Shown one piece after another: positions 20,467-31,481 of a DNA stretch of 64,000 bases. The notes under the pieces were generated by a model. The model searched no databases. It saw nothing but the letters and a program-made list of their open reading frames with translations, and was not told where the DNA came from. Positions within the stretch are counted from its first letter, which is position 1. The number at the start of each line of letters is the position of its first letter. The translations under genes and the position numbers were made by a program. The stretch is from Candidatus Omnitrophota bacterium (GTDB lineage Bacteria; Omnitrophota; Gorgyraeia; Zapsychrales; Fredricksoniimonadaceae), in the NCBI GenBank assembly GCA_903908245.1, contig CAIVRE010000018.1, positions 66,876 through 130,875 on the forward strand. The letters run 5' to 3'.

Positions 20467-21222
20467 ATGTCTTTATATAAAATTGTTTTTATTCGTCACG
20501 GTGAAAGCACCTGGAATAAAGAGAATCGTTTTACGGGTTGGGTGGACGTGGATCTGGCTCCCAGCGGCATTCAGGAAGCCGAGGAAGCCGGGGAGGTCCT
20601 TAAGAAAGAAGGGTATTGTTTTGATCTGGCGTACACATCTGTTTTGCGTCGTGCCAATAAAACCTTGAATGTGATCTTGGATAAAGCGGATCTTCTTTGG
20701 ATCCCTGTCAGGAAGAACTGGCGTCTTAACGAGCGTCATTACGGCGCGTTGCAGGGGTTGGATAAGGCCGACACATTGAAGAAGTATGGCGAGGAGAAGT
20801 TCAAGCAGTGGCGCCGCAGCTATGATGTTCCGCCGCCGCCGCTGACCAAAGATAATGCAATGTATCCGGGGAAAGATCCCCGGTATGCGGATGCCGCACC
20901 GGAAGACCTTCCTCTTACGGAATGCCTTAAAGATTGTGTGGCCCGTGTCCTTCCGTATTGGTCTGTTGAGATCGTGCCCCAGATACTTCTCGGGCGAAAG
21001 ATCATTGTCGCGGCTCACGGGAATTCGCTGCGCACGCTGGTCAAGCATATTAAAGGTATCAGCGATACGGATATCGCGGAGCTTAATATTCCGACGGCAA
21101 TTCCCCTGGTCATTGAGTTTGACAAGGATCTGAAATATGTGAAAGATTATTATCTCGGGGATCAGGCCAGGATCCAGGCCAAGATCGCGGGAGTCGCAAA
21201 TCAGGGAAAGCCCAAGGCGTAA
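20467..21222 (+). CDS. gpmA: 2,3-bisphosphoglycerate-dependent phosphoglycerate mutase
   Basis: [17 protein letters not shown] is the His-phosphatase signature. Confidence 0.9.
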   Translation: MSLYKIVFIRHGESTWNKENRFTGWVDVDLAPSGIQEAEEAGEVLKKEGYCFDLAYTSVLRRANKTLNVILDKADLLWIPVRKNWRLNERHYGALQGLDKADTLKKYGEEKFKQWRRSYDVPPPPLTKDNAMYPGKDPRYADAAPEDLPLTECLKDCVARVLPYWSVEIVPQILLGRKIIVAAHGNSLRTLVKHIKGISDTDIAELNIPTAIPLVIEFDKDLKYVKDYYLGDQARIQAKIAGVANQGKPKA

Positions 21223-21264
21223 GAATTTGTGATGATCCAGAAGCATGCAGGATGGATTTGAAAG

Positions 21265-21303
21265 TAAGCGCAGACCGCACGGAAGCGATTCCTTGCGGTC
21301 TGT
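21265..21303 (+). terminator. intrinsic terminator (CAGACCGCA-N14-TGCGGTCTG + TTCTTTT)
   Basis: 9-bp stem plus a T-run after gpmA. Confidence 0.6.
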
Positions 21304-21359
21304 TCTTTTGTGAGGCATAAAATTTCTCTTGGAAAAATTTTATAAAAAAAGGGGGGGAT

Positions 21360-21581
21360 ATGCCGGTTCAGGTTCTCACTAAAGGTAAGGTCAAGTGGTT
21401 TAATAATCAGAAAGGCTATGGTTTTTTGCTGCCTGAGGGAGAAGACGGACGGGATGTGTTCGTTCATTATTCCGTGATCCTGGGGGATGGTTATAAGAGG
21501 CTTGACCCGGATCAAGATGTGGAGTTTGAGATTGTGCAGGGACCCAAGGGTGATATGGCCCGGAATGTGGTGAAACGTTAA
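21360..21581 (+). CDS. cspA: cold-shock protein CspA family
   Basis: [16 protein letters not shown]...DVFVHYS, RNP motifs. Confidence 0.85.
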   Translation: MPVQVLTKGKVKWFNNQKGYGFLLPEGEDGRDVFVHYSVILGDGYKRLDPDQDVEFEIVQGPKGDMARNVVKR

Positions 21582-21627
21582 AACAAAAACGCAATTTCAG
21601 GTCGGTTTCGAGTTTTCGTTATCGCTG

Positions 21628-22446
21628 GTGATAAGGGCGCGTGTGGTCGCTTTTCTTGCGCTTGCGGGGTATGGGCTTTCTTCTCTGGTCGAGGAAGAGG
21701 GGCGAACAGTGTGTGCGTTATCATTATATGTGAGTGATAAAAGCCTGGCGGATCGTCTGGCCGCTTTGTTCGGATCTTCGCGGATCGCCGGAGCAAGGGC
21801 TTTTTGCCGTGTTCACCGCGAGAGGGATTGGGCTTCGCGCTGGAAAGAGGGCTGGAAGCCGTTTTCTTTGACGCGAAAGTTCCATGTTATCCCTCTTTGG
21901 CAGGAGAGCCGGGATTGTCCTGCGGGTAAAAGCCCGATCTTTTTGGATACGACCAATGCCTTTGGAACAGGCCTGCATGAAACAACCCGTTTTACGGCAA
22001 GGATCATTGACCGGTTGGCTGGGAGGTTCACTTCTTTCCTGGATGTAGGGACAGGGTCAGGGATATTGGCGATCGTGGCCCTTAGATGCGGGGCAACGCA
22101 ATGTGTCGGCATCGATATTGATCCGGGTGCCGTCAAGGTCGCCAGGCAGAATTTGAAGGCGAATCAGTTGACCTGCCGGCTTAAAGCCTGCGATGTGAAT
22201 GATTTCAGGCCAAGAACGCGTTTTGATCTTGTGGCGGCAAACCTGGTCTCCAGCGACCTTATTTCTTTTCGTGACCGTCTTATTTCATTCGTTCGTCCAG
22301 GAGGGCATCTGGTTGTTTCCGGGATATCTCTCGAGAATATGGACCGGGTTGAAAGGTCATTTGCCCTGGCGGGCGTCCATCCGGACAGGGTCGTAAAGGG
22401 CCGTGAATGGTCAGCGATGCTCTTTAAATCTTTATCCTTTGATTAA
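21628..22446 (+). CDS. prmA: ribosomal protein L11 methyltransferase PrmA
   Basis: LDVGTGSGILAI...IDIDPGAVKVARQN; the exact start is uncertain. Confidence 0.7.
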   Translation: MIRARVVAFLALAGYGLSSLVEEEGRTVCALSLYVSDKSLADRLAALFGSSRIAGARAFCRVHRERDWASRWKEGWKPFSLTRKFHVIPLWQESRDCPAGKSPIFLDTTNAFGTGLHETTRFTARIIDRLAGRFTSFLDVGTGSGILAIVALRCGATQCVGIDIDPGAVKVARQNLKANQLTCRLKACDVNDFRPRTRFDLVAANLVSSDLISFRDRLISFVRPGGHLVVSGISLENMDRVERSFALAGVHPDRVVKGREWSAMLFKSLSFD

Positions 22447-22479
22447 CATATCTATAAAGTTATAATCATTTCAATTATT

Positions 22480-23199
22480 ATGACCAATAATAAATTCATC
22501 CTTGGCATTTCTGTATTGAACGAAGGGGAGAAGATCCTCAAGGTCATTGAACGGTTCAATGACTATTCTGTTTACGATGTTTTGATCATGGATGATGGCA
22601 CCACCGATGGTTCGCTGGACCGTATCCCTGTTAACGAGCATATCTTTATTGTCAGGAATTCCCGTAACAGGGGGGCCGGGCACAGTGTCCGCAATTGCCT
22701 GCGGTGGGCCAAAGAGCGTGGTTATGAGGCCCTGTTCCTGGTCGCCGGCAATGACAAGGACCGTCCGGAAGATGTGACGAAGCTCGTCAAGGGCATGGAA
22801 GAAGGCTTTGATCTTGTGCAGGGTTCGCGGTATCTTCCTGGTGGAGGGTTCGGGAATATGCCGCTTTATCGGACCATTGCGACCAGGGTTATTCACCCGG
22901 TGCTTTTTTCGCTGATCAGCGGACGGCATATTTCTGATAGTACAAATGGATTTCGCGCGGTCAGGCTGTCGATCCTTGAAGATCAAAGGCTTGACCTTGA
23001 CCAGGATTGGCTCGATCGTTATGAGCTGGAGCCGTATCTTTTTTACAAAGTCATTAAACTCGGCTATAAGGTCAAAGAAGTCCCGGTCACAAAGATTTAT
23101 CCGCTTCACTCCATGGGGTATACTAAAATGAAACCGGTCACGGGATGGTGGAGTATTTTGCGCCCTCTGGTGTATCTTGGGCTTGGAATAAAAAAATGA
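22480..23199 (+). CDS. family 2 glycosyltransferase (polyprenyl-phosphate sugar transferase-like)
   Basis: GISVLNEGEKI...DDGTTDGS GT-A motifs. Confidence 0.75.
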   Translation: MTNNKFILGISVLNEGEKILKVIERFNDYSVYDVLIMDDGTTDGSLDRIPVNEHIFIVRNSRNRGAGHSVRNCLRWAKERGYEALFLVAGNDKDRPEDVTKLVKGMEEGFDLVQGSRYLPGGGFGNMPLYRTIATRVIHPVLFSLISGRHISDSTNGFRAVRLSILEDQRLDLDQDWLDRYELEPYLFYKVIKLGYKVKEVPVTKIYPLHSMGYTKMKPVTGWWSILRPLVYLGLGIKK

Positions 23200-24791
23200 A
23201 TTTCAGAAGAATGTTTTATATCGCTTGTGCCGTTGCTGTTCTTGCAGGGATCGCTCTGCGGTTCTTCCATTTGCGGGAGAGCGGTTTTTTCTTTTATGAT
23301 GAAGCGTTCTATCTGCGTCATAACCTGCCTATCCTGGAATTTATCGATAAGCATCAGCTTCAGTCCTGGTCTGACCGGTTGACCGCCCTTCAGTTCTATT
23401 TTCGTTCGGCGCTGGGCAGCGGGAAGTCTTTGTGGTTCATTGCTATGGATTCCCGTTATCTTTGGGGCGGGATCTACGACTGGATGTTCCCGAAAGTCCT
23501 GGCGGCTTTTTTTGGTGTTTTGGCCCTTCCTTTGGCTTATCTTTTTGCCAGGCGTTATTACAGGTCCCGGGATGTCGCTTTATTTTCGACGGCATTGATG
23601 GCGCTTTTGCCCGGCCTTGTCTTTTATTCCCGCATTGGATTGCAGGAAGCCATGAGCGTTTGCCTTGTTTTAGCCGGGGTTTATTTTTATTTATTCCATC
23701 GGTCGCCGGGTTGGAAGACGTTTTTCGCCGGCATCTTTCTTGCGGCGGCGTTCTTCGCGAATTATCGTTTGATCGTCCTTCCGGTTTTGGTCCTTTGTAT
23801 TGAGTTGTGGGAGGGAGTTGTTCTGAAGAAGGGGGTCAATTACCGGAAATTCGTCTGGTCGATGCTGACATTTTTTGCTTGTGTTGTGCTTATCGGCAAT
23901 TTGCTTGATGCGGCGAACACAACGGTCATCTTTGCCTGGGTTTTTCACCAGGAAGATATGGCCGGGGGGAGTTTTTCGTGGGTGAATTTGCTCTCGTATC
24001 CTTTCTATCTTTTTTTACTGGAGACGGTTTTTTTTGCCGGAGTCTTTTTTGCCGGAGCTTATTTTGCATTGAAGAGGGGCAGGGCTTATGCGTTGCCGGT
24101 TATCCTCGTCCTTGTCCAGATGGGGATATTTTCTTTACCCAGTGAGAAAGGGGCTCGCTATCTTTGTGTTATGTTGCCTTTTGCCGTTATGTCGGTGGCA
24201 CACTTCCTGATATCGGCGTATTGCTCGCTGAATAACGTGTATCGACGGTATTTGATCGGTCTTGTGATGGTCATGGTGTTGGCAATGACGGTCAAGGCGT
24301 GCGAGCTTGTGAGGGCGCATTCTGATTATGAGCCGGCTGTTAAGTTCATCGATCAGTATGTCCCTGGTGCGAAGATCCTTTCAACGCAGGATCAGGTCCA
24401 GGGGTTGTATGTGCGTCCTTTTGACAGGGTGATGGCGGTGCCGGGGCGTTTCGACAAGCTGGTCCTGTTGTATGCTAAAGGTTATCGTTATCTGATCATT
24501 GACCCTCAGGTGTATGTCGGCCTTACATCCGGGGTCCGGTTCAAGGCGGAGTTGAGGGATTATCTTTCTTTTATTGATGGCCGTATGACACCGATCAAGG
24601 TGTTCCCGCATATGAACCACGCCATGTTGGAGCGTTTTGTCTGCGAGCATAGTGAGAACCTTTTTGAGTCGATAAGATTCTTATTTTCCAGGGATGTCGG
24701 CCGTATGTCGTCGATACGGATCTATGATATGACCGGGATCGTGCCGCGGATGTCCGATATCTATTTTAAACTTTTAAAAGAGCGGAAATAG
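23196..24791 (+). CDS. polytopic membrane glycosyltransferase, GT39/ArnT-like
   Basis: Many TM segments; ATG at 23196 overlaps the GT2 stop; sits next to the GT2 gene. Confidence 0.55.
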   Translation: MNFRRMFYIACAVAVLAGIALRFFHLRESGFFFYDEAFYLRHNLPILEFIDKHQLQSWSDRLTALQFYFRSALGSGKSLWFIAMDSRYLWGGIYDWMFPKVLAAFFGVLALPLAYLFARRYYRSRDVALFSTALMALLPGLVFYSRIGLQEAMSVCLVLAGVYFYLFHRSPGWKTFFAGIFLAAAFFANYRLIVLPVLVLCIELWEGVVLKKGVNYRKFVWSMLTFFACVVLIGNLLDAANTTVIFAWVFHQEDMAGGSFSWVNLLSYPFYLFLLETVFFAGVFFAGAYFALKRGRAYALPVILVLVQMGIFSLPSEKGARYLCVMLPFAVMSVAHFLISAYCSLNNVYRRYLIGLVMVMVLAMTVKACELVRAHSDYEPAVKFIDQYVPGAKILSTQDQVQGLYVRPFDRVMAVPGRFDKLVLLYAKGYRYLIIDPQVYVGLTSGVRFKAELRDYLSFIDGRMTPIKVFPHMNHAMLERFVCEHSENLFESIRFLFSRDVGRMSSIRIYDMTGIVPRMSDIYFKLLKERK

Positions 24792-25819
24792 TGGTCAAGA
24801 CACTGCCCTTACAGCAGGCGCTTGAAAAACTCGACCTTCCGGGGGCTGCAGACAATTTGTTCTCTTCCCCGGCATGGCTGAGGGTCATTGATCGCGCGTA
24901 TAGTCCGGCTATTTTTATTAAATATATTGAACGTGACGGCAGGATCGAGTCGTATGTCTTTTATTCCGTGGTGAAGAATTTTCTGGAGTGGAAGGTTTGT
25001 GTATTGTCGTATTGTGACTATTGCGATGCCCATATTTCTTCTGTTGCGGATTGGCGGTCCATTTTTGAAGATATGCAGAAGGAGTTTTCCGGTTTTCGTA
25101 TTGTGGTCCGGAGCCTTCGGGATGAGGCGGCACGTTCCTGCGGTTGTTTTAAGGAGCTTAGCCGCGAGTATTTTCATCTCCTTGATATCCGTGGGGATAT
25201 TGATTCCGTTTGGATGGGGTTGAAGGACAAGTTCCGTAATCAGGCCCGTCAGGGGTTGAAGCGCGGGTTGGTGGTCCGCCAGTGCACGCGTAAGGAGCTT
25301 TGGGACTTTTTCTGTCTTCATGTAAAATTGCGCAAGCACAAGTACGGGATATTTGCCCAGCCCTGGAGGTTCTTTGAAGTGATCTGGGACGAGTTTATCA
25401 ATCGGGGCAATGGTTTCTTGATCGGCGCTTTTGATCCCGCAGGGAAGATGGTCGGGGGCACTCTTTTCCTGGTTTGCGGCAACACTCTTTATTACAAGAT
25501 CAATACGTCATCACAGGCCGCTTTGGAGTATCGTTCAAATAATTGTCTTTTGTGGGAGGGGATCCGTCTGGCCAAGGAGCGCGGGTTGGAATTCATTGAT
25601 CTCGGTTCGAGTGGCCTTGCTCAGGATGGGCTGGTCGCTTTTAAAGACGCGACCGGGGCGAAACGGATGGAGATCGTGCATATCGGATATCATCCTGAAG
25701 GGTATGTGTTCAGCCGCAAGCGGATATTGAAATGTTATACGAGGTTCTTTGCCGCGCCGTGGATGCCCGATCGGATAACGAATTTAGGCAGCGCCCTGAT
25801 CTATAAATTTTTGGCATGA
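24791..25819 (+). CDS. FemAB/GNAT-fold acyltransferase-like protein (putative)
   Basis: Weak similarity by eye only. Confidence 0.35.
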   Translation: MVKTLPLQQALEKLDLPGAADNLFSSPAWLRVIDRAYSPAIFIKYIERDGRIESYVFYSVVKNFLEWKVCVLSYCDYCDAHISSVADWRSIFEDMQKEFSGFRIVVRSLRDEAARSCGCFKELSREYFHLLDIRGDIDSVWMGLKDKFRNQARQGLKRGLVVRQCTRKELWDFFCLHVKLRKHKYGIFAQPWRFFEVIWDEFINRGNGFLIGAFDPAGKMVGGTLFLVCGNTLYYKINTSSQAALEYRSNNCLLWEGIRLAKERGLEFIDLGSSGLAQDGLVAFKDATGAKRMEIVHIGYHPEGYVFSRKRILKCYTRFFAAPWMPDRITNLGSALIYKFLA

Positions 25820-25823
25820 TCTT

Positions 25824-26555
25824 ATGGAATTACGCCTGGCGTTCAATGAATGGGGTCAATTTACCGGCGGGAGGTTCGCCGACCGTCAATGGCTTCTCGC
25901 AAAGTGGGAAGTCTGTGAGGGCGTGATCTGGCCACAGGAAAAGATCGATATCATGCTTGGGCTTGTATCTGAACGGCTTGGGCTTGGGCTTAATGACCGC
26001 TTTATTGACCTTGGATGCGGGGGCGGGTGGATGTTGAAGGGGCTGACCCCGGATTCAGGCTATGCCGTAGGGCTTGATTTTTCGGCGCAGATGCTTCATA
26101 ACGCGGTCAGGATCGATGCGGGAGACGCCCTTGTACAGGGCGAGATCGGCCGGTTGCCGTTCAAGGCCGGATCTTTTGACCGGATGTTGTGTTGTTTCGT
26201 TTTGATCAATATGATGGAAGACGAAGTTGTTGAGCGGTCGATCCTTGATATGTTCCGGTTGCTTAAACCAGGCGGAAAGCTTCTTATCGGCCAGTTGCCT
26301 GACAAGGCGGGGTCGCCGGATTATGATTCCGCCAAAGGGGCTTACCTGGATTTCTGCCGCAGGACATATGACCTTGGCGAGGACCTTCGCGATGTCAACC
26401 GGATGCCTCAGAAGCTTTTTGATGTGCCGGTATTGACATCTTTTCTGGAAAAGAACGGGATCGGTTTCAGGAAGTTGCCGTCATTCAATCCGTTTTACCG
26501 CCCGGGAGAGAGTCCGACAGTCGAGTGGCGGTTCGACCTTTTGCTGGAGAAATGA
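25824..26555 (+). CDS. class I SAM-dependent methyltransferase
   Basis: IDLGCGGGW motif. Confidence 0.7.
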   Translation: MELRLAFNEWGQFTGGRFADRQWLLAKWEVCEGVIWPQEKIDIMLGLVSERLGLGLNDRFIDLGCGGGWMLKGLTPDSGYAVGLDFSAQMLHNAVRIDAGDALVQGEIGRLPFKAGSFDRMLCCFVLINMMEDEVVERSILDMFRLLKPGGKLLIGQLPDKAGSPDYDSAKGAYLDFCRRTYDLGEDLRDVNRMPQKLFDVPVLTSFLEKNGIGFRKLPSFNPFYRPGESPTVEWRFDLLLEK

Positions 26556-26556
26556 T

Positions 26557-27372
26557 ATGGAACAGTATCTGGGCCTTGTGCGGCATGTGCTGGAGCATGG
26601 AGATCAGAAACAGGACCGGACGGGAACCGGGACTATTTCTGTCTTTGGCCACCAAATGCGGTTTGACCTGCGTCAGGGGTTCCCGATCGTGACCACCAAG
26701 AAGATCCTGTTTGATGCTGTTGTCTGGGAGCTTCTTTGGTTCTTGCGGGGGGCGACGAATATCAATGATGACCTGGTGCAGCATACACCTATCTGGAATG
26801 CCTGGGCGCGTGAAGGCGGGGAGCTTGGGCCTGTCTATGGCTATCAATGGCGCAAGTGGGAGAAGTTTGTTCTTGATGAAAAAACAAATTCCTATCGTAA
26901 GGAGCATGTCGATCAGGTTACGCAAGCGATCCGGATGATCAAGCAGAGCCCCGATTCTCGCCGGATCATAGTGAGTGCCTGGAATGTGGCGGATATTGAG
27001 AAAATGGCATTGCCCCCCTGTCATGCGTTTTTTCAGTTCTATGTTGTTGCCGGGCATCTTGACTGCCAGCTTTATCAGCGTTCGGCGGATATCGCGTTGG
27101 GAGTCCCTTTTAATATTTCCAGCTATGCTTTGCTCCTTTCGATGGTCGCCAAAGAATGCGGCCTTATCCCCAGATATTTTGTCCATACATTGGGGGACGC
27201 TCATATTTATTCGAACCATGTTGATGGCCTTAAGGTCCAGCTTGAGCGCAGACTGCGCGTTCTTCCCCGGCTGGAGCTTTCAGACAAGAAGGTCCTGGAT
27301 CTCAGGTTTGAGGATATCCGTCTTAACGGGTATGATCATGACGCATTCATAAAGTTCCCTATTGCGGTATAA
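26557..27372 (+). CDS. thyA: thymidylate synthase
   Basis: [15 protein letters not shown]...DRTGTGT...PPCH. Confidence 0.9.
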   Translation: MEQYLGLVRHVLEHGDQKQDRTGTGTISVFGHQMRFDLRQGFPIVTTKKILFDAVVWELLWFLRGATNINDDLVQHTPIWNAWAREGGELGPVYGYQWRKWEKFVLDEKTNSYRKEHVDQVTQAIRMIKQSPDSRRIIVSAWNVADIEKMALPPCHAFFQFYVVAGHLDCQLYQRSADIALGVPFNISSYALLLSMVAKECGLIPRYFVHTLGDAHIYSNHVDGLKVQLERRLRVLPRLELSDKKVLDLRFEDIRLNGYDHDAFIKFPIAV

Positions 27373-27376
27373 TAAG

Positions 27377-27913
27377 ATGAAGAAATTCGCTGTTATTGTG
27401 GCTGTTGATGAAAAAATGGGCATAGGAAGGTTAAATGCGTTGCCTTGGCGGTTGTCTGGGGATATGCAGCGTTTTAAGGATGTAACGATCCCCTGTTCTG
27501 CGGGAAAACAGAACGCTGTTGTTATGGGCCGCAAGACCTGGGAGTCCCTTCCGTTGAAATACCGGCCTTTGCCGGGAAGGCTGAATGTTGTTCTTTCGTC
27601 GAAACCGGTGGCGGACTTGTCGGCAGGGGTTTTACAGGCAGGATCTTTTGATGCTGCTTTGACCCTGCTTGATGGCAGGGATGATGTTGCCGATGTCTTT
27701 ATTATTGGCGGAGGCGTTGTTTTTGAACAGGCCATGCGGCATAAAGGCTGTAACAGGCTTTATTTGACCCAAATTATGGGTGATTTCTTCTGCGATGTTT
27801 TTTTTCCTTCCATTCCTCCTGATTTTCATTTGGTCCGCAGCTCCGAATCCCTTAAAGAGAACGGTGTAGTATTCCGGTTTTCTGACTTTGAGAAAGAGAT
27901 ATCGTTTTCCTGA
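27377..27913 (+). CDS. folA: dihydrofolate reductase
   Basis: MKKFAVIVAVDEKMGIGRLNALPW; ATG at 27377; thyA-folA pair. Confidence 0.85.
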   Translation: MKKFAVIVAVDEKMGIGRLNALPWRLSGDMQRFKDVTIPCSAGKQNAVVMGRKTWESLPLKYRPLPGRLNVVLSSKPVADLSAGVLQAGSFDAALTLLDGRDDVADVFIIGGGVVFEQAMRHKGCNRLYLTQIMGDFFCDVFFPSIPPDFHLVRSSESLKENGVVFRFSDFEKEISFS

Positions 27914-28124
27914 CGTATAAAAGATGCGAAACGAAGAAACAAAGAAAACGTTTTCTTTCTGTTATTAAATATGTCGTTAGTTATTGCAATTAAATTTGTT
28001 ATGTTTATATTGGTGTTTTATTTATTTCTTCTTCATTTTATCTTTCTTGGCAATGTCGTATTATTTAATGTATAATTTATTGAAGTAATAGGGTTGAGGG
28101 GTATAAATAACGGGGAAAAGTGTA
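27914..28124 (+). promoter_or_regulatory. AT-rich (~25% GC) intergenic region upstream of the REC-EAL gene
   Basis: Strongly AT-skewed compared with flanking ~50% GC sequence; contains TTGGCA...TATAAT-like hexamers. Confidence 0.3.
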
Positions 28125-29300
28125 ATGTCGTTAGCAGAAGTTAAAAAACAGATTTTAGTCGCTGATTCTGATCTGCAATACTTGAAAAGTCTTATTTTTA
28201 CCCTGGAAGAGCATGGTTTTGATACATTGACGTCTGCTTCAGCTCAAGGGACCATTCAGAAAGCTTCAACATTGGACGTTGATCTTATCATTCTAAGTGA
28301 AACCCTTCCCGATGCGGATGGCCTTGATATATGCGCAAAGCTTAAAAGTAACAGGAGCACCGAGCATATTCCGGTCGTTATCTTAAGTGTTGATTGCCAT
28401 AGTCAGCAGCGGATAAAAAGTTATCAGATCGGGGCAGACGATTGCATCGGTAAGGATTGCGAGAAAGAAGAGCTTTTGGCGCGGATCGAGGCGATCTGGC
28501 GGCGTGGCAACGGCACGTTCAAGAGCCATCGTGAAGAGCGTCAGCAAAAAGTTATTGCGGAGCTCACGCGGATCATTGAGAAGGGGTTGATCGAGCCTCA
28601 TTTTCAGCCGATCTATTTTTTAAAGCCGTTCCGTTTGTTCGGTTTTGAGGTGTTGAGCCGGCCTTCTGCAGGGGTTTTGTTGACGAATGCGGAAGAGCTT
28701 TTCAAGGCAGCGATCAAATACGACCTGTATTTTCCGCTGGAGATGCTGTGCTGGCGCAAAGCGGCAGAGATCGTTTCGAACCATACAAAGAACGAGCATG
28801 TGTTCTTTAACTGCAGCCCCTATATTGTCGAGAATTCGAAATTTTCCATGGTCAAGAGCATATTTGAGGAGAGCCGTATTCCTCTGGATAAGGTTGTACT
28901 GGAGATCACGGAGCGTTCATCGATCTCCGCGCAGGAGCTTTTTTACGAGCGCTTGAGCAATTACCGGAATCACGGGGTCAGGTTCGCCGTTGATGATGTG
29001 GGGGGCGGCTATGCCAGCCTGGAGTCCATTGTGGCTACCAAGCCGGAAATCGTGAAGATCGACGCGCAGATTGTCCGCAATCTTCATCAGGACTCCGTCA
29101 AGCGCAGTATCGTCAAGTTCATCGTCGGTTTTTGCAAGGAGAACGGTATCGTTTCCATTGTCGAAGGCGTCGAGACCAGGGAGGAAATGGATGCGGTCGT
29201 TTCTCTCGGGATAGATGCGGTGCAGGGGTATTACCTTTTTCGGCCGACACCCGACCTGAATGTGCGGCAGATGAAAGATATCTGTATTGATTTCTCTTGA
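28125..29300 (+). CDS. response-regulator receiver + EAL domain protein (c-di-GMP phosphodiesterase)
   Basis: REC domain (ILVADSD...D...DLIILS). EAL domain (EVLSRPS, DDVGGGYASLES, EIVKIDAQI). Confidence 0.8.
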   Translation: MSLAEVKKQILVADSDLQYLKSLIFTLEEHGFDTLTSASAQGTIQKASTLDVDLIILSETLPDADGLDICAKLKSNRSTEHIPVVILSVDCHSQQRIKSYQIGADDCIGKDCEKEELLARIEAIWRRGNGTFKSHREERQQKVIAELTRIIEKGLIEPHFQPIYFLKPFRLFGFEVLSRPSAGVLLTNAEELFKAAIKYDLYFPLEMLCWRKAAEIVSNHTKNEHVFFNCSPYIVENSKFSMVKSIFEESRIPLDKVVLEITERSSISAQELFYERLSNYRNHGVRFAVDDVGGGYASLESIVATKPEIVKIDAQIVRNLHQDSVKRSIVKFIVGFCKENGIVSIVEGVETREEMDAVVSLGIDAVQGYYLFRPTPDLNVRQMKDICIDFS

Positions 29301-29355
29301 ACTTTAATCCGGAATAAATCGTTTGATTTCCCTCATTTTCAATTAGAATAATTCA

Positions 29356-30855
29356 ATGATCAACACGCGTTCAAACGGTATTCTCTGTCATATTTCATCC
29401 CTGCCTTCACCCTATGGTATCGGTGATCTTGGTCCACAGGCTTATAATTTCGCGGATATTCTGATCCGGGCCGGCCAGAAATGGTGGCAGGTCCTTCCAT
29501 TGATCCCGACGGATAATGCTCTGGGGAATTCGCCTTACAGCAGTTTCTCGGCATTTGCGTTCAATACTCTTTTTATCAGCCCCGAGCAGTTGCTCAGGGA
29601 CGGGTTGTGTGTTGAGAGTGACATTGATCCTCCGGTCTTTTTTTCTTCGGGGGCGGTGGATTTTGACCGGGTTTATTCATCCAAAGCCGTTCTTGTTGAG
29701 CGTGTGTTCGGGCGGTATTTGCAAAAAGGGATCCCATGGAAGGCTTTTGAGGATTTTTGTCTCGAGCAGGCGGGATGGCTGGATGATTTTGCACTTTTTG
29801 TTGTTTTAAAGCGAATATTCAAGGGGGATTGTTGGGTCGATTGGCCGGTAGAATTCCGCGATCGTTCTTCCAGCGCACTTATGGATGTTCGTGTCAGTAA
29901 AGCGTTGGATATCAAGAAGGAGAAGTTCGCGCAGTATTTATTCTATGATCAATGGATGAAGTTGAGGGCTCATTGTTCTGCCAATGGCCTGGGCATCATT
30001 GGGGATATCCCGATCTATGTTAATTATGATAGCGTGGATGTATGGGTTCATTCGGAATTTTTCAAGTTGGACGCTGACAAAAGGCAGACGTTCGTGGCGG
30101 GTGTTCCTCCGGATTATTTCAGCAAGGAGGGCCAGCGCTGGGGAAATCCTGTTTATGATTGGGATGCGCTTCGTTCGTCAGGTTTTTCCTGGTGGGTTGA
30201 GCGTATCCGGCATAATTTGACGGTCTTTGATTCGGTACGGGTAGATCATTTTCGTGCTTTTGCCCAGTGTTGGGAGATCCCCGCGCATGAAAGAACGGCG
30301 GTCAAGGGGGAGTGGTGTGATGTCCCGGGAATGGAGTTGTTCCTTGTCCTCAAGGAGAAGTTTCAGCGGCTTCCGATCATTGCGGAGGACCTGGGGATCA
30401 TTACGCCGGATGTGGATGCGTTGAAAGATTATTTCGGGTTCCCGGGCATGCGCGTGGTGATGTTCGCTTTTCATAATGAATATAAAGAAAGCCGGAATCT
30501 GCCGGAGAATTATACCCCTGAGAGTGTTGTTTATACCGGTACGCATGATAATAATACGGTGCGTGGCTGGTTCGAAGAAGATATGACCGGTCTTGAGAAA
30601 GAAAATTTTTATGAATATTTTAAATTCCAGCCTTCGGCCGGGAGCATTCATTGGGTGATGATCCGTATGGCCATGGGGTCGGTTGCGAATATTTGTATCA
30701 TTCCGTTGCAGGATCTTTTAGGCTTGAGTTCTTCGGCCAGGATGAATCGTCCATCGACAGTTAAAGGCAACTGGAGCTGGCGTTTTGAGCAGGGCGCTCT
30801 TTCGGCCGAGACCCTGATGCGTCTGCATCAATTAACATTGATATCCGGTCGATAG
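29356..30855 (+). CDS. malQ: 4-alpha-glucanotransferase (amylomaltase, GH77)
   Basis: GILCHISSLPSPYGIGDLG N-terminus; about 500 aa. Confidence 0.85.
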   Translation: MINTRSNGILCHISSLPSPYGIGDLGPQAYNFADILIRAGQKWWQVLPLIPTDNALGNSPYSSFSAFAFNTLFISPEQLLRDGLCVESDIDPPVFFSSGAVDFDRVYSSKAVLVERVFGRYLQKGIPWKAFEDFCLEQAGWLDDFALFVVLKRIFKGDCWVDWPVEFRDRSSSALMDVRVSKALDIKKEKFAQYLFYDQWMKLRAHCSANGLGIIGDIPIYVNYDSVDVWVHSEFFKLDADKRQTFVAGVPPDYFSKEGQRWGNPVYDWDALRSSGFSWWVERIRHNLTVFDSVRVDHFRAFAQCWEIPAHERTAVKGEWCDVPGMELFLVLKEKFQRLPIIAEDLGIITPDVDALKDYFGFPGMRVVMFAFHNEYKESRNLPENYTPESVVYTGTHDNNTVRGWFEEDMTGLEKENFYEYFKFQPSAGSIHWVMIRMAMGSVANICIIPLQDLLGLSSSARMNRPSTVKGNWSWRFEQGALSAETLMRLHQLTLISGR

Positions 30856-30934
30856 ATTTCTTGACGGCCGATGAACAGCTGTAAATGATGTTAATTTAGT
30901 TGAGCGCTTGCGCAAAGAGCGTTAGAATCCAATT

Positions 30935-31477
30935 ATGTTCCCGCGAAGATATTTTCCTTTGATATTATTATGGTTGTGTTGTGGCGGGTGCCTGTGGTCT
31001 GGCCACGGGCCGGCCAGTCCGTCGGTATTGAGCGCGCCGGATGCGGTTTCGGTCGAGGTGATCCGTGACGATCTTTGGGCTGCCGGCGGGTCGGTTGTTT
31101 TTATTCCGTTCACTCCGGGGGCGAATGCAGAGGCCTGCCCGGTGGTTGATCGTCTTTCGTTGATGATCGTCAAAGGCGCAGCGGATGTTTTTACCGAAAG
31201 AGGCGGAAAATTCTCGTTTATTACGGATGGAGATGCCCAGAAGGCGCAATTTGTGATCGAAGGCCGGATCGAGGAATTTGATACCGGAAGCAGGTGGAAG
31301 GCGTTTGGTGTCGGGAAAAAAGATGTTACGCTCAAGATCAAGGGCGAGGTGCGCGAGCACAAGACCGGAGAGGTCGTAGCCCTCATATTCGGGTATAAAG
31401 CGTTCAAGAAAACAAAAGATTCCGAGCGGGTGGCGTACGAGCTTGGCCGTTCCCTTGGGGAAAAGGTGCAGCATTAA
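30935..31477 (+). CDS. hypothetical lipoprotein
   Basis: Signal peptide with LWLCCGGC lipobox-like motif. Confidence 0.4.
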   Translation: MFPRRYFPLILLWLCCGGCLWSGHGPASPSVLSAPDAVSVEVIRDDLWAAGGSVVFIPFTPGANAEACPVVDRLSLMIVKGAADVFTERGGKFSFITDGDAQKAQFVIEGRIEEFDTGSRWKAFGVGKKDVTLKIKGEVREHKTGEVVALIFGYKAFKKTKDSERVAYELGRSLGEKVQH

Positions 31478-31481
31478 GACC

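Noticed and set aside
20473-21318. 281-aa minus-strand ORF
   Set aside because: It is antisense to gpmA, which has an unambiguous His-phosphatase signature, so it is a spurious shadow ORF.
22471-23109. 212-aa minus-strand ORF
   Set aside because: It is antisense to the GT2 glycosyltransferase, which has DDG/GT-A motifs.
26485-27219. 244-aa minus-strand ORF
   Set aside because: It is antisense to thyA and has no supporting features.
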